From assembly GCA_947074195.1 (NCBI GenBank), contig CAMTOS010000004.1, positions 481-64,480 on the forward strand: 64,000 bases of DNA, in the 5' to 3' direction. Shown here piece by piece: positions 50,185 to 61,537 of the stretch (position 1 is its first letter; the number at the start of each line of letters is the position of its first letter). Below the pieces are notes generated by a model. The model searched no databases. It was given only the letters and a program-made list of their open reading frames with translations, and was not told where the DNA came from. A program made the translations under genes and the position numbers. This DNA comes from an uncultured Bacteroides sp. (GTDB lineage Bacteria; Bacteroidota; Bacteroidia; Bacteroidales; Bacteroidaceae).

Positions 50185-53100
50185 TTATTTCTTCTGCTCT
50201 TTAATCCACTCACGGGCATTTACAAATGCCTCAATCCATGGAGTTACCTGATCACTATTAGCACGGTCTGACGGATAGGTTCCGTTCTGCCATGGGAAAA
50301 TAGCACGTTCAAGGTGCGGCATCATAGCCAGATGACGACCATCTGCACTTGCAAGACCAGCTACAGAGTAGCTTGAACCGTTTGGATTACCCGGATAGCT
50401 GTCATATGAGTATTTTGCAATCACATTGTATTGATCTTCATCATATGGCAAATCAAATTTTCCTTCGCCATGTGCTACCCAAATACCCAATTTGCTTCCG
50501 CTTAAAGAACCAAACATTACACTTTTATTCGTAGGAATAGTAACACCGGTAAATGAAGACTCAAATTTATGAGAATTATTGTGAAGCATTTTACCTCGTT
50601 CTTTATGCTCAGGATTGATAAGATTTAATTCCATCATCAACTGGCATCCATTACAAATACCTAAAGATAATGTATCCTTGCGTGCATAGAATTTATCTAA
50701 TGCTTCTTTTGCTTTAGGATTAAACAGGAATCCACCTGCCCAGCCTTTAGCAGAACCAAGTACATCAGAGTTAGAGAAACCACCACAATATACAATCATG
50801 TTTACATCTTCAAGAGTTTCGCGACCATGAATAAGGTCGGTCATTGTAACATCTTTCACGTCGAAACCGGCAAGATATAAGGCATATGCCATTTCGCGTT
50901 CACCGTTTGTACCTTTTTCACGTATGATTGCTGCGCGGATTCCACTCATACCTTCACGGTCAGGAGTAATGCCGAATTGTGACATTTTACCAGTAAAGCC
51001 CGGCATAAATGCAAATTCAACTGGCTGCATACGATAATTCTCGAAGCGTTCCTTTGCACAACCATTATGTGATTGCTTACGGTCCAGCAGGTAAGAAGAA
51101 GCATACCAGTTATCGCGCATATAGTCAATTCCGAACTGATATTCTGCACCATCTTTGCTAATCATGATGTGGCGTTCTTCAGTTGGCATACCAAGTTTTA
51201 CAAAACCGATACCTGCATCTTCCAGTGTTTTCTTAACTTCAGCTTTATGCTTATCAGAAACCTGGATAATAATACCCGGATTTTCTGCAAAGAGGATTTT
51301 AACCAGATCTTTTTCATGAATCTTATCCAGATTGATTTCCATACCACCTTCCATGTTCGCAAATGTCATTTCGAGTAATGCAGTAATTAAACCACCGGCA
51401 GAAATATCATGTCCGGCCATGATCAGACCTTTATGAATTAATTCCTGAACGGTAAGGAATGCATCACGGAAATATTCAGCATTTTGCACTGTAGGTACTT
51501 CGTCACCAACTTTACCTAGTGATTGAGCGAAAGCTGAACCGCCAAGTTTAAGTTTATCGAAACTGAAATCAATATGATAGAATGATGATTTTTTATCGTT
51601 TACCATCACCGGAGATACCACTTTTTTTACATCGCTAACTTCGCCGGCTGCAGAAACAATTACAGTCCCCGGAGAAATCACTTTGCTTCCATCAGGATAT
51701 TTCTGTGTCATAGAAAGTGAATCTTTACCGGTAGGTACGTTAATCTGGAGTGTGCAACAGAAGTCGCTCAATGCTTTGACAGCAGCATAAAGACGGGCAT
51801 CTTCACCTTCCTGTGAGCGGCAAGGCCACATCCAGTTGGCTGATAAAGAGATAGAATCCATACCTTCAACCATTGGAGCCCAGATAAGGTTAGTTAATGC
51901 TTCGCTCACTGCAAGTACAGAACCGGCTGCAGGGTCAGCTAAAGCTGCTTGTGGTGCATGACCTATAGAAGTAGCGATACCTTTATCTCCACGATAATCC
52001 AGTGCTACAACACCGCAGTCACTCAATGGTAACTGAAGTTCCCCCTGACATTGCTGACGTGCAATTTTACCTGTTACTGAACGGTCAACTTTATTAGTTA
52101 ACCAGTCTTTACATGCAACAGCTTCAAGCTGTAATACATTTGTCAGATATTCATGAAGCTGCGATACTTCATATTGAGGCATTGCATAATGACGCTCTAC
52201 CGTTTTATCAATCATATAAGTCTTTGGAGAAGAACCAAACATCTGATCTACTGCCAAATCAAACGGACAAACACCATCTGCCTGTTTGAAAGAGAAACGA
52301 TGGTCACCAGTTGTCTCACCTACTACATACATTGGAGCACGTTCACGTTCTGCAATTTTGCGTACATGTTCAATTGCTTCTTCTTTAATCAGAAGACCCA
52401 TACGTTCCTGTGATTCGTTTGCAATAATTTCTTTAGCAGAAAGAGTTGCATCTCCGATTGGAAGTTTGTCCATTTCAATAATACCACCACACTCTTCAAC
52501 AAGTTCAGAAAGACAGTTTACGTGTCCGGCTGATCCGTGGTCATGAATAGATACGATAGGGTTATTTTCTTCTTCACAAAGTGCACGTACAACATTATAG
52601 GCACGTTTCTGCATTTCTGCATTCGCACGTTGCACAGCATTAAGTTCAATACCGCTGCTATAACGACCTGTATCTACAGAAGATACAGAACCACCACCTA
52701 AACCAATGCGATAATTATCTCCGCCAATAACTACTACTTTGTTACCAGCTTCAGGTGAACCTTTCAGGCAGTCGCGCTGAGCACCATAACCCACACCACC
52801 GGCAAGCATGATTACTTTATCATAACCATAAACTTCATTATTTTCAGTATGTTCGAATGTAAGAACAGAACCGCAAATAAGTGGCTGGCCAAATTTATTA
52901 CCGAAATCACTTGCACCGTTAGAAGCCTTAATCAGAATCTGTTCAGGAGTCTGATATAACCATTTACGTACGGGTAGAGTTTCTTCCCAGATACGTTCTT
53001 CATCTGTGCGTGGGTAAGAAGTCATATATACAGCAGTACCTGCAATAGGCCATGAACCTTTACCGCCACCCATACGGTCACGGATTTCACCTCCGGTACC

Positions 53101-53889
53101 TGTAGAAGCACCATTAAATGGCTCCACTGTTGTAGGGAAATTGTGTGTCTCTGCTTTAATTGAAATCACACTCTTAATTTCTTTAGTCTGGAAGAAGTCA
53201 GGCTTAGAATGATCAGCCGGAGCGAATTGCTCAATAAGCGGACCTTCTGCAAAAGCAACATTATCTTTATAAGCAGAGATAATCTTATTTTGATTTTCCT
53301 GAGTCGTCTTTTTAATCATCTGAAACAATGAAGACTCTTTTTCTTCGCCATCGATAACAAAGATTCCACCAAAAATTTTGTGACGACAATGCTCTGAGTT
53401 AATCTGGGCAAAACCAAAAACCTCCGAATCGGTAAGTTTGCGACCAAGATCAGTTTCCATTTTCTTCAGATAATCCATCTCTTCTTTTGAAAGAGCCAAA
53501 CCTTCCTGTTCATTGTAAGCTTCAAGATCTTCAATCAATAAGATAGGGGCAGGCTGACGATTTGTTGTAAAGAGTTGCTGGTCTAATGTATGATACATAC
53601 GCTGAAGCATCGGATCATACTCTGCATTTTCATCATTAACCGGAAAATATTCTTCTATGCGGTCAATCGTTGTGAAACCCATGTTCTGCGCAATTTCTAC
53701 AGCATTAGTACTCCATGGAGTAATCATTTCACGTCTTGGACCGACGAAATATCCTTTCAGATTTTCTTCGCTTTCTGGAGTTGCCCCATCAAAGAGCCAA
53801 CAAAGTTTATCACTATCTGCGGGTTGAAGTGCCTGACTGCTTTCTACTGCAATCACGCTTTGAGAGGGAGTTCTGAAAAAAAGAATCAT
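50185..53889 (-). CDS. purL: Phosphoribosylformylglycinamidine synthase (large type)
   Basis: NSEHCRHKIF, KAETHNFPT, HDHGSAG, GKDSLSM, GGFSNSD, GICNGCQ, MMPHLER. Confidence 0.98.
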   Translation of the reverse strand: MILFFRTPSQSVIAVESSQALQPADSDKLCWLFDGATPESEENLKGYFVGPRREMITPWSTNAVEIAQNMGFTTIDRIEEYFPVNDENAEYDPMLQRMYHTLDQQLFTTNRQPAPILLIEDLEAYNEQEGLALSKEEMDYLKKMETDLGRKLTDSEVFGFAQINSEHCRHKIFGGIFVIDGEEKESSLFQMIKKTTQENQNKIISAYKDNVAFAEGPLIEQFAPADHSKPDFFQTKEIKSVISIKAETHNFPTTVEPFNGASTGTGGEIRDRMGGGKGSWPIAGTAVYMTSYPRTDEERIWEETLPVRKWLYQTPEQILIKASNGASDFGNKFGQPLICGSVLTFEHTENNEVYGYDKVIMLAGGVGYGAQRDCLKGSPEAGNKVVVIGGDNYRIGLGGGSVSSVDTGRYSSGIELNAVQRANAEMQKRAYNVVRALCEEENNPIVSIHDHGSAGHVNCLSELVEECGGIIEMDKLPIGDATLSAKEIIANESQERMGLLIKEEAIEHVRKIAERERAPMYVVGETTGDHRFSFKQADGVCPFDLAVDQMFGSSPKTYMIDKTVERHYAMPQYEVSQLHEYLTNVLQLEAVACKDWLTNKVDRSVTGKIARQQCQGELQLPLSDCGVVALDYRGDKGIATSIGHAPQAALADPAAGSVLAVSEALTNLIWAPMVEGMDSISLSANWMWPCRSQEGEDARLYAAVKALSDFCCTLQINVPTGKDSLSMTQKYPDGSKVISPGTVIVSAAGEVSDVKKVVSPVMVNDKKSSFYHIDFSFDKLKLGGSAFAQSLGKVGDEVPTVQNAEYFRDAFLTVQELIHKGLIMAGHDISAGGLITALLEMTFANMEGGMEINLDKIHEKDLVKILFAENPGIIIQVSDKHKAEVKKTLEDAGIGFVKLGMPTEERHIMISKDGAEYQFGIDYMRDNWYASSYLLDRKQSHNGCAKERFENYRMQPVEFAFMPGFTGKMSQFGITPDREGMSGIRAAIIREKGTNGEREMAYALYLAGFDVKDVTMTDLIHGRETLEDVNMIVYCGGFSNSDVLGSAKGWAGGFLFNPKAKEALDKFYARKDTLSLGICNGCQLMMELNLINPEHKERGKMLHNNSHKFESSFTGVTIPTNKSVMFGSLSGSKLGIWVAHGEGKFDLPYDEDQYNVIAKYSYDSYPGNPNGSSYSVAGLASADGRHLAMMPHLERAIFPWQNGTYPSDRANSDQVTPWIEAFVNAREWIKEQKK

Positions 53890-54175
53890 ATTATTAGTTT
53901 CTAAATGTTGTCATTATGATTTAAGAAAGTCACCTGTTTGTTCATATAATTATAAAGCAAAAACAGATACTTCTCTTTTTCGCCGCAAAGATAGATATTT
54001 TTATTGGCGACTATATATAAAACAGAATCTTTCCTGAATAAAAAACAATAAAATGCGTCTTATTTAACGGATACTGTCTTTTTGTAAAGCTGCAATAGAC
54101 GTTTACGAGAACAGCTTGCCCGAAAAAACGTTAATAACCTGAATCTTTCTCGTAAAAAAATACGATATTTGCGGC

Positions 54176-54829
54176 ATGATTCAGATAGAGACAATATTTG
54201 ATATAGTCTTAAAAGGTATACTCATAGGTGTTATAGTGTCAGCTCCTTTGGGTCCTGTTGGCGTATTATGCATTCAGCGTACACTCAATAAAGGGCGTTG
54301 GTATGGTTTTGCTACTGGTGTTGGTGCTTGTGTAAGTGATATTGCATATGCTTTAATTACCGGTTATGGCATGAGTTTTATTTTTGAGTATATCAATAAA
54401 AATATATTTTACTTACAATTATTTGGAAGTATAATGCTTTTTATTTTCGGTATCTATACTTTCCGGAGCAATCCGGTAAGTTCTATCCGACCTCCTTCTG
54501 CAAAGAAAGGAAGTTACCTGCACAATTTTTTTACGGCATTTCTGGTAACACTATCTAATCCGCTCATTATATTTCTCTTTATAGCTCTTTTTGCACGATT
54601 TGCATTTATGCAGCCGGGAGTATTGCTCATCGAAACTGTTACAGGTTATCTTTCAATAGCATTAGGAGCATTATTATGGTGGTTCCTTCTAAGCTTCGGT
54701 ATCAGTATGCTTAAAAAGAAATTCAATGTGCGCGGCATTTGGATTATGAACCGAATCATCGGAGGTATCGTTATGCTTGTATCACTTATTGGTTTGATTT
54801 ATACATTTATAGGCGAATCTTTATATTAA
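54176..54829 (+). CDS. LysE family translocator
   Basis: APLGPVGVLCIQRTL...G.ATG.GA..SD; TLSNP. Confidence 0.9.
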   Translation: MIQIETIFDIVLKGILIGVIVSAPLGPVGVLCIQRTLNKGRWYGFATGVGACVSDIAYALITGYGMSFIFEYINKNIFYLQLFGSIMLFIFGIYTFRSNPVSSIRPPSAKKGSYLHNFFTAFLVTLSNPLIIFLFIALFARFAFMQPGVLLIETVTGYLSIALGALLWWFLLSFGISMLKKKFNVRGIWIMNRIIGGIVMLVSLIGLIYTFIGESLY

Positions 54830-54856
54830 CTTTCAAAAAACGGTTGGATATAATTT

Positions 54857-55399
54857 ATGAAAATAGCGCAACAATTACGTGAGAGAAATATTGCAGAATA
54901 CCTCATCTATATGTGGCAGGTTGAAGATCTGATACGTGCAAATCAATGTAATGCCGATATAATAGAAGCAAATATTATTAACCAGTATCCCGAAGAAGAA
55001 CAAAGGGAATTGCGTGAATGGTATGGGAATCTTCTTGAAATGATGCGACATGATGGAGTAACCGAGAAGGGTCATCTGCAAATCAATAAGAATGTTCTTT
55101 TGCAATTAACAGATCTGCATCAGCATCTCCTGGGTTCATCAAAATTTCCTTATTATCATGCGGCCTATTATAAAGCTCTTCCTTTTATAGTAGAGTTACG
55201 CCATAAAAATGGTGATAAAGAAGAACCGGAACTTGAAACTTGCTTCGAAGCATTGTATGGTGTATTTCTTCTTCGCCTTCAAAAAAAGACATTAAGTGAA
55301 GAAACCTCGAAAGCAATTGATGCCATAAGTGCTTTATTATCTATGCTTGCCAATTATTATGATAAAGATAAAAAAGGCGAACTTAAATTAGAAGATTAA
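54857..55399 (+). CDS. DUF4924 family protein
   Basis: NIAEYLIYMWQVEDLIRA...KGHLQIN pattern. Confidence 0.75.
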   Translation: MKIAQQLRERNIAEYLIYMWQVEDLIRANQCNADIIEANIINQYPEEEQRELREWYGNLLEMMRHDGVTEKGHLQINKNVLLQLTDLHQHLLGSSKFPYYHAAYYKALPFIVELRHKNGDKEEPELETCFEALYGVFLLRLQKKTLSEETSKAIDAISALLSMLANYYDKDKKGELKLED

Positions 55400-55407
55400 G
55401 ATAGGTA

Positions 55408-56259
55408 ATGAAAATACTAATTACCGGTGCTAACGGACAACTTGGTAGAGAGTTGCATTTATTGTCTGTTTTGAATCCACAGCATATTTATTATTTTACG
55501 GATATAAACGAGCTTGATATTACCAATGAAGAAGCTCTCTTACATTATGTAAATAAATGCGGGGCTCAACTGATTATTAATTGTGCAGCTTTTACAGCAG
55601 TTGATGCAGCCGAGGATCAGGCAGAACTTTGTGATTTATTGAATCATAAGGCAGTAGGATATCTTGCAAAAGCGGCCTCTTCCAATAACGCTAAACTAAT
55701 TCAAATCTCTACCGATTATGTCTTTGACGGACATTCTTACCGTCCGTATACGGAAACTGATGAAACTTTTCCTTCATCAGTCTATGGTTCTACAAAACTT
55801 GCAGGTGAGAAGGCGGCGCTTCAGAATTGTCACGATACAATGATTATTCGTACATCTTGGCTATATTCACAATACGGGAATAATTTTGTAAAAACAATGC
55901 TTCGCTTAGGAAAAGAGAGAGAAAGCATTAATGTTATTTTCGATCAGATTGGTACCCCTACATTTGCCGGAGATCTTGCTTTATTGATATTTGAAATTAT
56001 TGATAAGGGTATTAACCGTGGAATTTATCATTATAGCAATGAAGGTGTTTGTTCGTGGTATGACTTTGCAGTAGCAATACATCGAATAGCAAATATTACA
56101 GATTGTAGGATAAATGCAATTCACACCGCAGATTATCCTGTTCGCGCCCACCGTCCTTTTTATTCTGTGCTCGATAAATCCAGAATTAAGGCAGATTATA
56201 AAGTTGATATTCCTCACTGGGAAGAAAGTCTTACCAGATGTATAGTTCAGCTTACTTAA
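55408..56259 (+). CDS. rfbD: dTDP-4-dehydrorhamnose reductase
   Basis: ITGANGQLG, NCAAFTAVD, ISTDYVFDG, YGSTKLAGE, RTSWLY, DQIGTPT. Confidence 0.96.
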   Translation: MKILITGANGQLGRELHLLSVLNPQHIYYFTDINELDITNEEALLHYVNKCGAQLIINCAAFTAVDAAEDQAELCDLLNHKAVGYLAKAASSNNAKLIQISTDYVFDGHSYRPYTETDETFPSSVYGSTKLAGEKAALQNCHDTMIIRTSWLYSQYGNNFVKTMLRLGKERESINVIFDQIGTPTFAGDLALLIFEIIDKGINRGIYHYSNEGVCSWYDFAVAIHRIANITDCRINAIHTADYPVRAHRPFYSVLDKSRIKADYKVDIPHWEESLTRCIVQLT

Positions 56260-56301
56260 TAAAAATAATAAAATAAATATATTACTGACGATATCATTCG
56301 A

Positions 56302-57876
56302 ATGGCTAATCAAAACGAAATAAGCAGAAGGCGTACATTCGCCATTATTGCACATCCTGATGCCGGTAAGACATCTCTTACCGAAAAACTCCTTTTATTC
56401 GGAGGTCAGATTCAGGTTGCTGGTGCGGTAAAAAGTAATAAAATCAAGAAAACAGCTACTTCCGACTGGATGGAAATCGAGAAACAACGTGGTATCTCGG
56501 TGACAACATCGGTTATGGAATTCGATTATCTGGATTATAAAATAAATATTCTTGATACACCTGGTCACCAGGATTTTGCAGAAGATACATATCGTACTCT
56601 CACTGCCGTAGACAGTGTTATTATTGTAGTTGATGGTGCGAAAGGGGTAGAAACGCAAACGCGTAAACTGATGGAAGTTTGCCGCATGCGTAATACGCCG
56701 GTTATTATCTTTGTCAACAAAATGGACCGTGAAGGTAAAGATCCTTTCGACTTGCTCGATGAACTTGAAGAAGAACTAATGATTAAAGTTCGTCCGCTGA
56801 CATGGCCTATCGAACAGGGTATGCGTTTTAAAGGGGTTTATAATATTTATGAAAATAAACTCGATCTTTTCCAGCCTTCAAAACAAATTGTTACTGAAAA
56901 AATCGAAGTCGATATTAATTCCGAAGAACTGGATAATCAAATTGGAACACATCTTGCTGACAAACTTCGTAACGATCTTGAACTGATTGAAGGCGTTTAC
57001 CCGGAATTAGATCAGACGGAATATCTTGAAGGGCATACTGCACCTGTATTCTTTGGGTCTGCCTTGAATAACTTTGGTGTTCAGGAGTTGCTTAATTGTT
57101 TTGTGCAAATTGCTCCAAGTCCTCGACCAATTGAGGCAGTAGAGCGTGAAGTGGAACCTGAAGAACCTAAATTTACTGGTTTCATTTTCAAGATAACTGC
57201 CAATATCGATCCCAACCATCGTTCATGTGTTGCTTTCTGTAAAATATGTTCAGGTAAATTTACCCGTAATGCGCCATATTTCCATGTGCGCAATGGTAAG
57301 TCTATTCGTTTCTCTTCTCCGACACAGTTTATGGCTCAGCGTAAAACTACTGTAGATGAAGCATATGCCGGTGATATTATCGGTTTACCAGATAATGGTA
57401 CTTTTAAGATTGGCGATACGCTGACTGAAGGTGAATTGTTGCATTTCCGCGGTTTGCCAAGCTTCTCTCCTGAAATGTTTAAATATATTGAGAATGCCGA
57501 TCCGATGAAACAGAAACAATTGGCGAAGGGTATCGATCAATTAATGGACGAAGGTGTTGCTCAGTTGTTTGTCAATCAATTCAACGGACGTAAAATTATC
57601 GGTACTGTTGGTCAGCTTCAGTTCGAGGTAATACAGTATCGTTTGCTTAATGAGTATAATGCTTCTTGTCGCTGGGAGCCGGTAAGTCTTTACAAAGCGT
57701 GCTGGATCGAAAGTGATGATGCGGCAGAACTCGAAGCATTTAAAAAGCGTAAGTATCAGTACATGGCAAAAGATCGTGATGGTCGTGATGTCTTTTTGGC
57801 TGACTCTTCTTATGTGTTGCAGATGGCTCAAATGGATTTTAAGAATATTCGATTCCACTTCAGCAGCGAATTCTGA
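56302..57876 (+). CDS. prfC: Peptide chain release factor 3
   Basis: [48 protein letters not shown]. Confidence 0.98.
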   Translation: MANQNEISRRRTFAIIAHPDAGKTSLTEKLLLFGGQIQVAGAVKSNKIKKTATSDWMEIEKQRGISVTTSVMEFDYLDYKINILDTPGHQDFAEDTYRTLTAVDSVIIVVDGAKGVETQTRKLMEVCRMRNTPVIIFVNKMDREGKDPFDLLDELEEELMIKVRPLTWPIEQGMRFKGVYNIYENKLDLFQPSKQIVTEKIEVDINSEELDNQIGTHLADKLRNDLELIEGVYPELDQTEYLEGHTAPVFFGSALNNFGVQELLNCFVQIAPSPRPIEAVEREVEPEEPKFTGFIFKITANIDPNHRSCVAFCKICSGKFTRNAPYFHVRNGKSIRFSSPTQFMAQRKTTVDEAYAGDIIGLPDNGTFKIGDTLTEGELLHFRGLPSFSPEMFKYIENADPMKQKQLAKGIDQLMDEGVAQLFVNQFNGRKIIGTVGQLQFEVIQYRLLNEYNASCRWEPVSLYKACWIESDDAAELEAFKKRKYQYMAKDRDGRDVFLADSSYVLQMAQMDFKNIRFHFSSEF

Positions 57877-57907
57877 TTATTTAGAAAAAGATATACTTTT
57901 TATATGC

Positions 57908-57946
57908 GGGAAACTGAGAGTTATGACTTTCAGTTTCCCTTTTTTT
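57908..57946 (+). terminator. Terminator after prfC
   Basis: GGGAAACTGAGAG / CTTTCAGTTTCCC stem followed by T7. Confidence 0.88.
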
Positions 57947-58085
57947 GTTGCTTATATGTAATAGCTGTCAATAAAAACATAAAGAATTAGCATTTTTTAT
58001 TCTTTAAAACCATTATATTCTGTTAATTTATTACTATTTTCGGGCGTTTCTTAAAAATAAACAATTTTACTAATATTTAAATTAT

Positions 58086-58343
58086 ATGGAAAATTTCGGA
58101 ACTGCATTACTACTTATGGTAGTGGGTATGGCTACTGTTATAGTCATTCTGCTCCTTATTATCTTCATCGGGAAACTATTGATTTTATTTGTGAATAAAT
58201 ATGTTCCCGAAGAAATCATTACTCCTAAACAACAGACACAATCTCCAGCAGCAATTCCATCACATGTACTTGCCGCCATTACATCGGCTGTTAGTGTAGT
58301 TACTCAGGGTAAAGGTAAGATTACTAAAGTCGAAAAAATTTAA
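58086..58343 (+). CDS. oadG: Na+-translocating decarboxylase gamma subunit (OadG family)
   Basis: N-terminal TM (VGMATVIVILLLII), Pro linker, AAITSAV. Confidence 0.88.
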   Translation: MENFGTALLLMVVGMATVIVILLLIIFIGKLLILFVNKYVPEEIITPKQQTQSPAAIPSHVLAAITSAVSVVTQGKGKITKVEKI

Positions 58344-58383
58344 ATCATAACGATCCTAATCGCATCGAAAAAACGAAATAAAC

Positions 58384-60216
58384 ATGAAGAAAGAGATTAA
58401 ATTCAGCTTGGTTTTCAGAGATATGTGGCAAAGTGCCGGTAAATATGTTCCACGTGTTGATCAGTTGCTAAAAGCTGCACCTGCAATTATCGAAATGGGA
58501 TGTTTTGCCCGCGTTGAAACAAATGGGGGAGGTTTTGAACAGGTAAATTTATTGTTTGGTGAAAATCCTAATCGTGCGGTTCGCGACTGGACTAAACCTT
58601 TTAATGATGCAGGAATTCAAACACATATGCTTGACCGTGCTCTCAATGGTCTTCGTATGAGTCCTGTTCCTGCCGATGTACGTAAATTATTCTATAAAGT
58701 AAAGAAAGCACAAGGTACAGACATTACCCGTACTTTTTGCGGTCTGAATGACATTCGCAATATTGCCCCTTCAATTGTATATGCTAAAGAAGCCGGAATG
58801 ATTTCGCAGGCAGCTTTAAGTATTACTCATTCGCCAATTCATACGGTAGAATATTATACTGATATGGCACTTGAGCTAATCAACCTTGGTGCCGATGAAA
58901 TCTGTATCAAAGATATGGCAGGTATTGGTCGTCCGGTTTCTTTAGGTAAAATAGTTGCCAATATCAAGGCACAGCATCCCGATGTGATTGTTCAGTATCA
59001 TAGCCATGCTGGACCCGGACTCAATATGGCGAGTATCCTCGAAGTTTGTGAAGCGGGTTGTGATTATATCGATGTGGGTATGGAACCATTATCATGGGGA
59101 ACAGGTCATGCCGATCTTATCAGTGTGCAGGCCATGCTGAAAGATGCAGGTTTTAAAGTTCCTGAAATTAACATGGAAGCCTATATGCGTTTACGTGCCC
59201 TGATTCAGGAGTTTATGGATGATTTCCTTGGATTATATATCAGTCCGAAAAACCGTTTAATGAATTCATTGCTGATTGGTCCCGGACTTCCCGGTGGTAT
59301 GATGGGTAGTCTCATGGCAGACCTTGATTCAAATCTCGAATCAATCAATAAATATAAGGCTAAACACAATCTGCCGTTTATGACGCAAGATCAATTGCTG
59401 ATTAAACTCTTTGATGAAGTGGCATATGTATGGCCTCGGGTAGGTTATCCGCCATTGGTAACACCATTCAGTCAGTATGTCAAAAATCTGGCCATGATGA
59501 ATGTCATTGCCATGGAAAAAGGGAAAGAGCGTTGGGGAATGATTGCCGATGATATCTGGGATATGATACTTGGTAAAGCCGGTCAGTTACCTGGCACTCT
59601 TGCACCGGAAATTATTGAAAAGGCTGAACGCGAAGGCCGTAAATTCTTTACAGGCGATCCACAGGATAATTATCCTGATGATTTGGATAAATATCGCAAA
59701 CTGATGAAAGAAAATAAATGGGATGTTGGCCAGGATGATGAAGAACTTTTCGAATATGCCATGCATCCTGCACAATATGAAGCCTATAAAAGTGGTAAGG
59801 CTAAGGAAGATTTTCTTGCTGATGTAGAGAAGAAGAAGAAGGAAAAAGATAAAGATCCATTGGAAGATGCTAAACCAAAGACACTGACCGTTCAGGTAGA
59901 CGGACAAGCCTATAAAGTAACTGTTGCTTATGGCGATATAGATCTTCCGGCTTCACCAACTGCTGCACCGCTCATTGATGGAGTAGGTAAAGATGTAGTT
60001 TCACCTCTCGAAGGTAAATTCTTCCTTACTAAAAATGCGCAAGAACACGCTTTACAGGTTGGCGATAAAGTAAACGAAGGTGATGTACTTTGTTATGTAG
60101 AAGCTATGAAAACCTATAACGCGATTCGCGCTGAATTCGGTGGCACAGTTACAGCAGTTTGTTATAACAGTGGTGATGCAGTTTCTGAAGATGATGTATT
60201 AATGAAAATTGGATAA
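58384..60216 (+). CDS. oadA: Oxaloacetate decarboxylase alpha / pyruvate carboxylase B-like carboxyltransferase with biotin carrier
   Basis: RDMWQS, CIKDMAG, HSHAG, PGGMMGS, PPLVTPFSQ, biotin motif EAMK. Confidence 0.85.
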   Translation: MKKEIKFSLVFRDMWQSAGKYVPRVDQLLKAAPAIIEMGCFARVETNGGGFEQVNLLFGENPNRAVRDWTKPFNDAGIQTHMLDRALNGLRMSPVPADVRKLFYKVKKAQGTDITRTFCGLNDIRNIAPSIVYAKEAGMISQAALSITHSPIHTVEYYTDMALELINLGADEICIKDMAGIGRPVSLGKIVANIKAQHPDVIVQYHSHAGPGLNMASILEVCEAGCDYIDVGMEPLSWGTGHADLISVQAMLKDAGFKVPEINMEAYMRLRALIQEFMDDFLGLYISPKNRLMNSLLIGPGLPGGMMGSLMADLDSNLESINKYKAKHNLPFMTQDQLLIKLFDEVAYVWPRVGYPPLVTPFSQYVKNLAMMNVIAMEKGKERWGMIADDIWDMILGKAGQLPGTLAPEIIEKAEREGRKFFTGDPQDNYPDDLDKYRKLMKENKWDVGQDDEELFEYAMHPAQYEAYKSGKAKEDFLADVEKKKKEKDKDPLEDAKPKTLTVQVDGQAYKVTVAYGDIDLPASPTAAPLIDGVGKDVVSPLEGKFFLTKNAQEHALQVGDKVNEGDVLCYVEAMKTYNAIRAEFGGTVTAVCYNSGDAVSEDDVLMKIG

Positions 60217-60221
60217 GCACG

Positions 60222-61457
60222 ATGAACGATATATTCGAAAAACTCTATGATATGACTGCATTCAATAGCTTTGTTACTGAACCGCAGTTTCTGATAATGT
60301 ATGTCATTGGTTTCATATTACTTTATCTGGGAATAAAAAAACAATATGAACCATTGCTGTTAGTCCCAATTGCATTCGGTGTATTGCTTGCCAATTTCCC
60401 TGGTGGAGGAATGGGTGTGGTACAAGCCGATGAAAATGGAATGATCATGGTAAACGGGATGTTGCAAAATATATGGGAGATGCCTTTGCATGATATTGCG
60501 CACGAGCTTGGTATAATGAATTTTATCTATTATGCCCTGATTAAAACAGGTTTTCTTCCTCCAATTATTTTCATGGGCGTAGGTGCATTGACAGATTTCG
60601 GGCCGATGCTTCGTAATCTTCGCTTATCTTTCTTTGGTGCTGCGGCACAAATCGGTATTTTCTCAGTTCTTTTGGTTGCCATCCTTATTGGTTTCCCTCC
60701 GCGCGATGCCGGTTCTTTGAGTATTATTGGTGGTGCCGATGGTCCTACCGCAATCTTCACAACCATTAAGCTGGCTCCTCATTTGTTAGGACCGGTAGCT
60801 ATCGCAGCCTATTCTTACATGGCTTTAGTACCGGTAATTGTGCCTTTGGTGGTTCGTTTGCTATGTTCAAAGAAAGAGCTAAGTATCAATATGAAAGCTG
60901 AAGAGAAGAAGTTCCCATCTTCAGTAGAAATAAAGAACCTCCGCGTTCTTAAAATTATCTTTCCAATTGTAGTCACTGTCATTGTCGCCATCTTTGTGCC
61001 TACATCAGTTCCATTGATTGGTATGTTGATGTTTGGTAATCTTGTGAAAGAAATCGGAAGTAACACATTCCGCTTGTTCGATGCAGCATCAAACGGCATT
61101 ATGAATGCTGCGACTATTTTCCTGGGATTATCTGTTGGCGCAACGATGACTGCCGAAGCCTTCCTCGACTGGATGACCATCGGTATTATCATCGGCGGTT
61201 TTATCGCTTTTGCTTTCAGTATTGCCGGAGGAATTTTCTTTGTAAAACTCTTCAATATCTTTTGCAAGAAGAAGATTAACCCGCTTATTGGTGCAACCGG
61301 TTTGAGTGCTGTACCTATGGCAAGTCGTGTAGCCAATGAAATTGCTCTGAAATATGACTCTAAAAACCATGTTTTACAATATTGCATGGCAAGCAATATC
61401 TCTGGCGTCATTGGTTCGGCAGTAGCGGCCGGCGTCTTAATTTCATTCTTGTCATAA
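60222..61457 (+). CDS. oadB: Na+-translocating decarboxylase beta subunit
   Basis: EPLLLVPIAFG, FMGVGALTDFGP, IIGGADGPT, AAYSYMALVP, GLSAVPMASRV. Confidence 0.93.
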   Translation: MNDIFEKLYDMTAFNSFVTEPQFLIMYVIGFILLYLGIKKQYEPLLLVPIAFGVLLANFPGGGMGVVQADENGMIMVNGMLQNIWEMPLHDIAHELGIMNFIYYALIKTGFLPPIIFMGVGALTDFGPMLRNLRLSFFGAAAQIGIFSVLLVAILIGFPPRDAGSLSIIGGADGPTAIFTTIKLAPHLLGPVAIAAYSYMALVPVIVPLVVRLLCSKKELSINMKAEEKKFPSSVEIKNLRVLKIIFPIVVTVIVAIFVPTSVPLIGMLMFGNLVKEIGSNTFRLFDAASNGIMNAATIFLGLSVGATMTAEAFLDWMTIGIIIGGFIAFAFSIAGGIFFVKLFNIFCKKKINPLIGATGLSAVPMASRVANEIALKYDSKNHVLQYCMASNISGVIGSAVAAGVLISFLS

Positions 61458-61478
61458 AACAAATTCCAATATATTCAT

Positions 61479-61521
61479 AAAAAAGCGGGCTGAGATTTTA
61501 ATGATCTCAGCCCGCTTTTTT
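61479..61521. terminator. Bidirectional terminator
   Basis: AAAAAAGCGGGCTGAGAT / ATCTCAGCCCGCTTTTTT 18-bp inverted repeat. Confidence 0.92.
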
Positions 61522-61537
61522 ATTTTTAGTTATCAGA

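Noticed and set aside
53890-54175. Purine/ZTP riboswitch upstream of purL
   Set aside because: Only divergent promoters are seen, with no recognisable aptamer motif.
2321-61462. Numerous antisense or nested ORFs in the track (e.g. 2321-2971, 3180-3584, 30615-30962, 36793-37383, 60815-61462)
   Set aside because: They lie opposite or within well-supported genes, have no family motifs, and show the composition of shadow ORFs.
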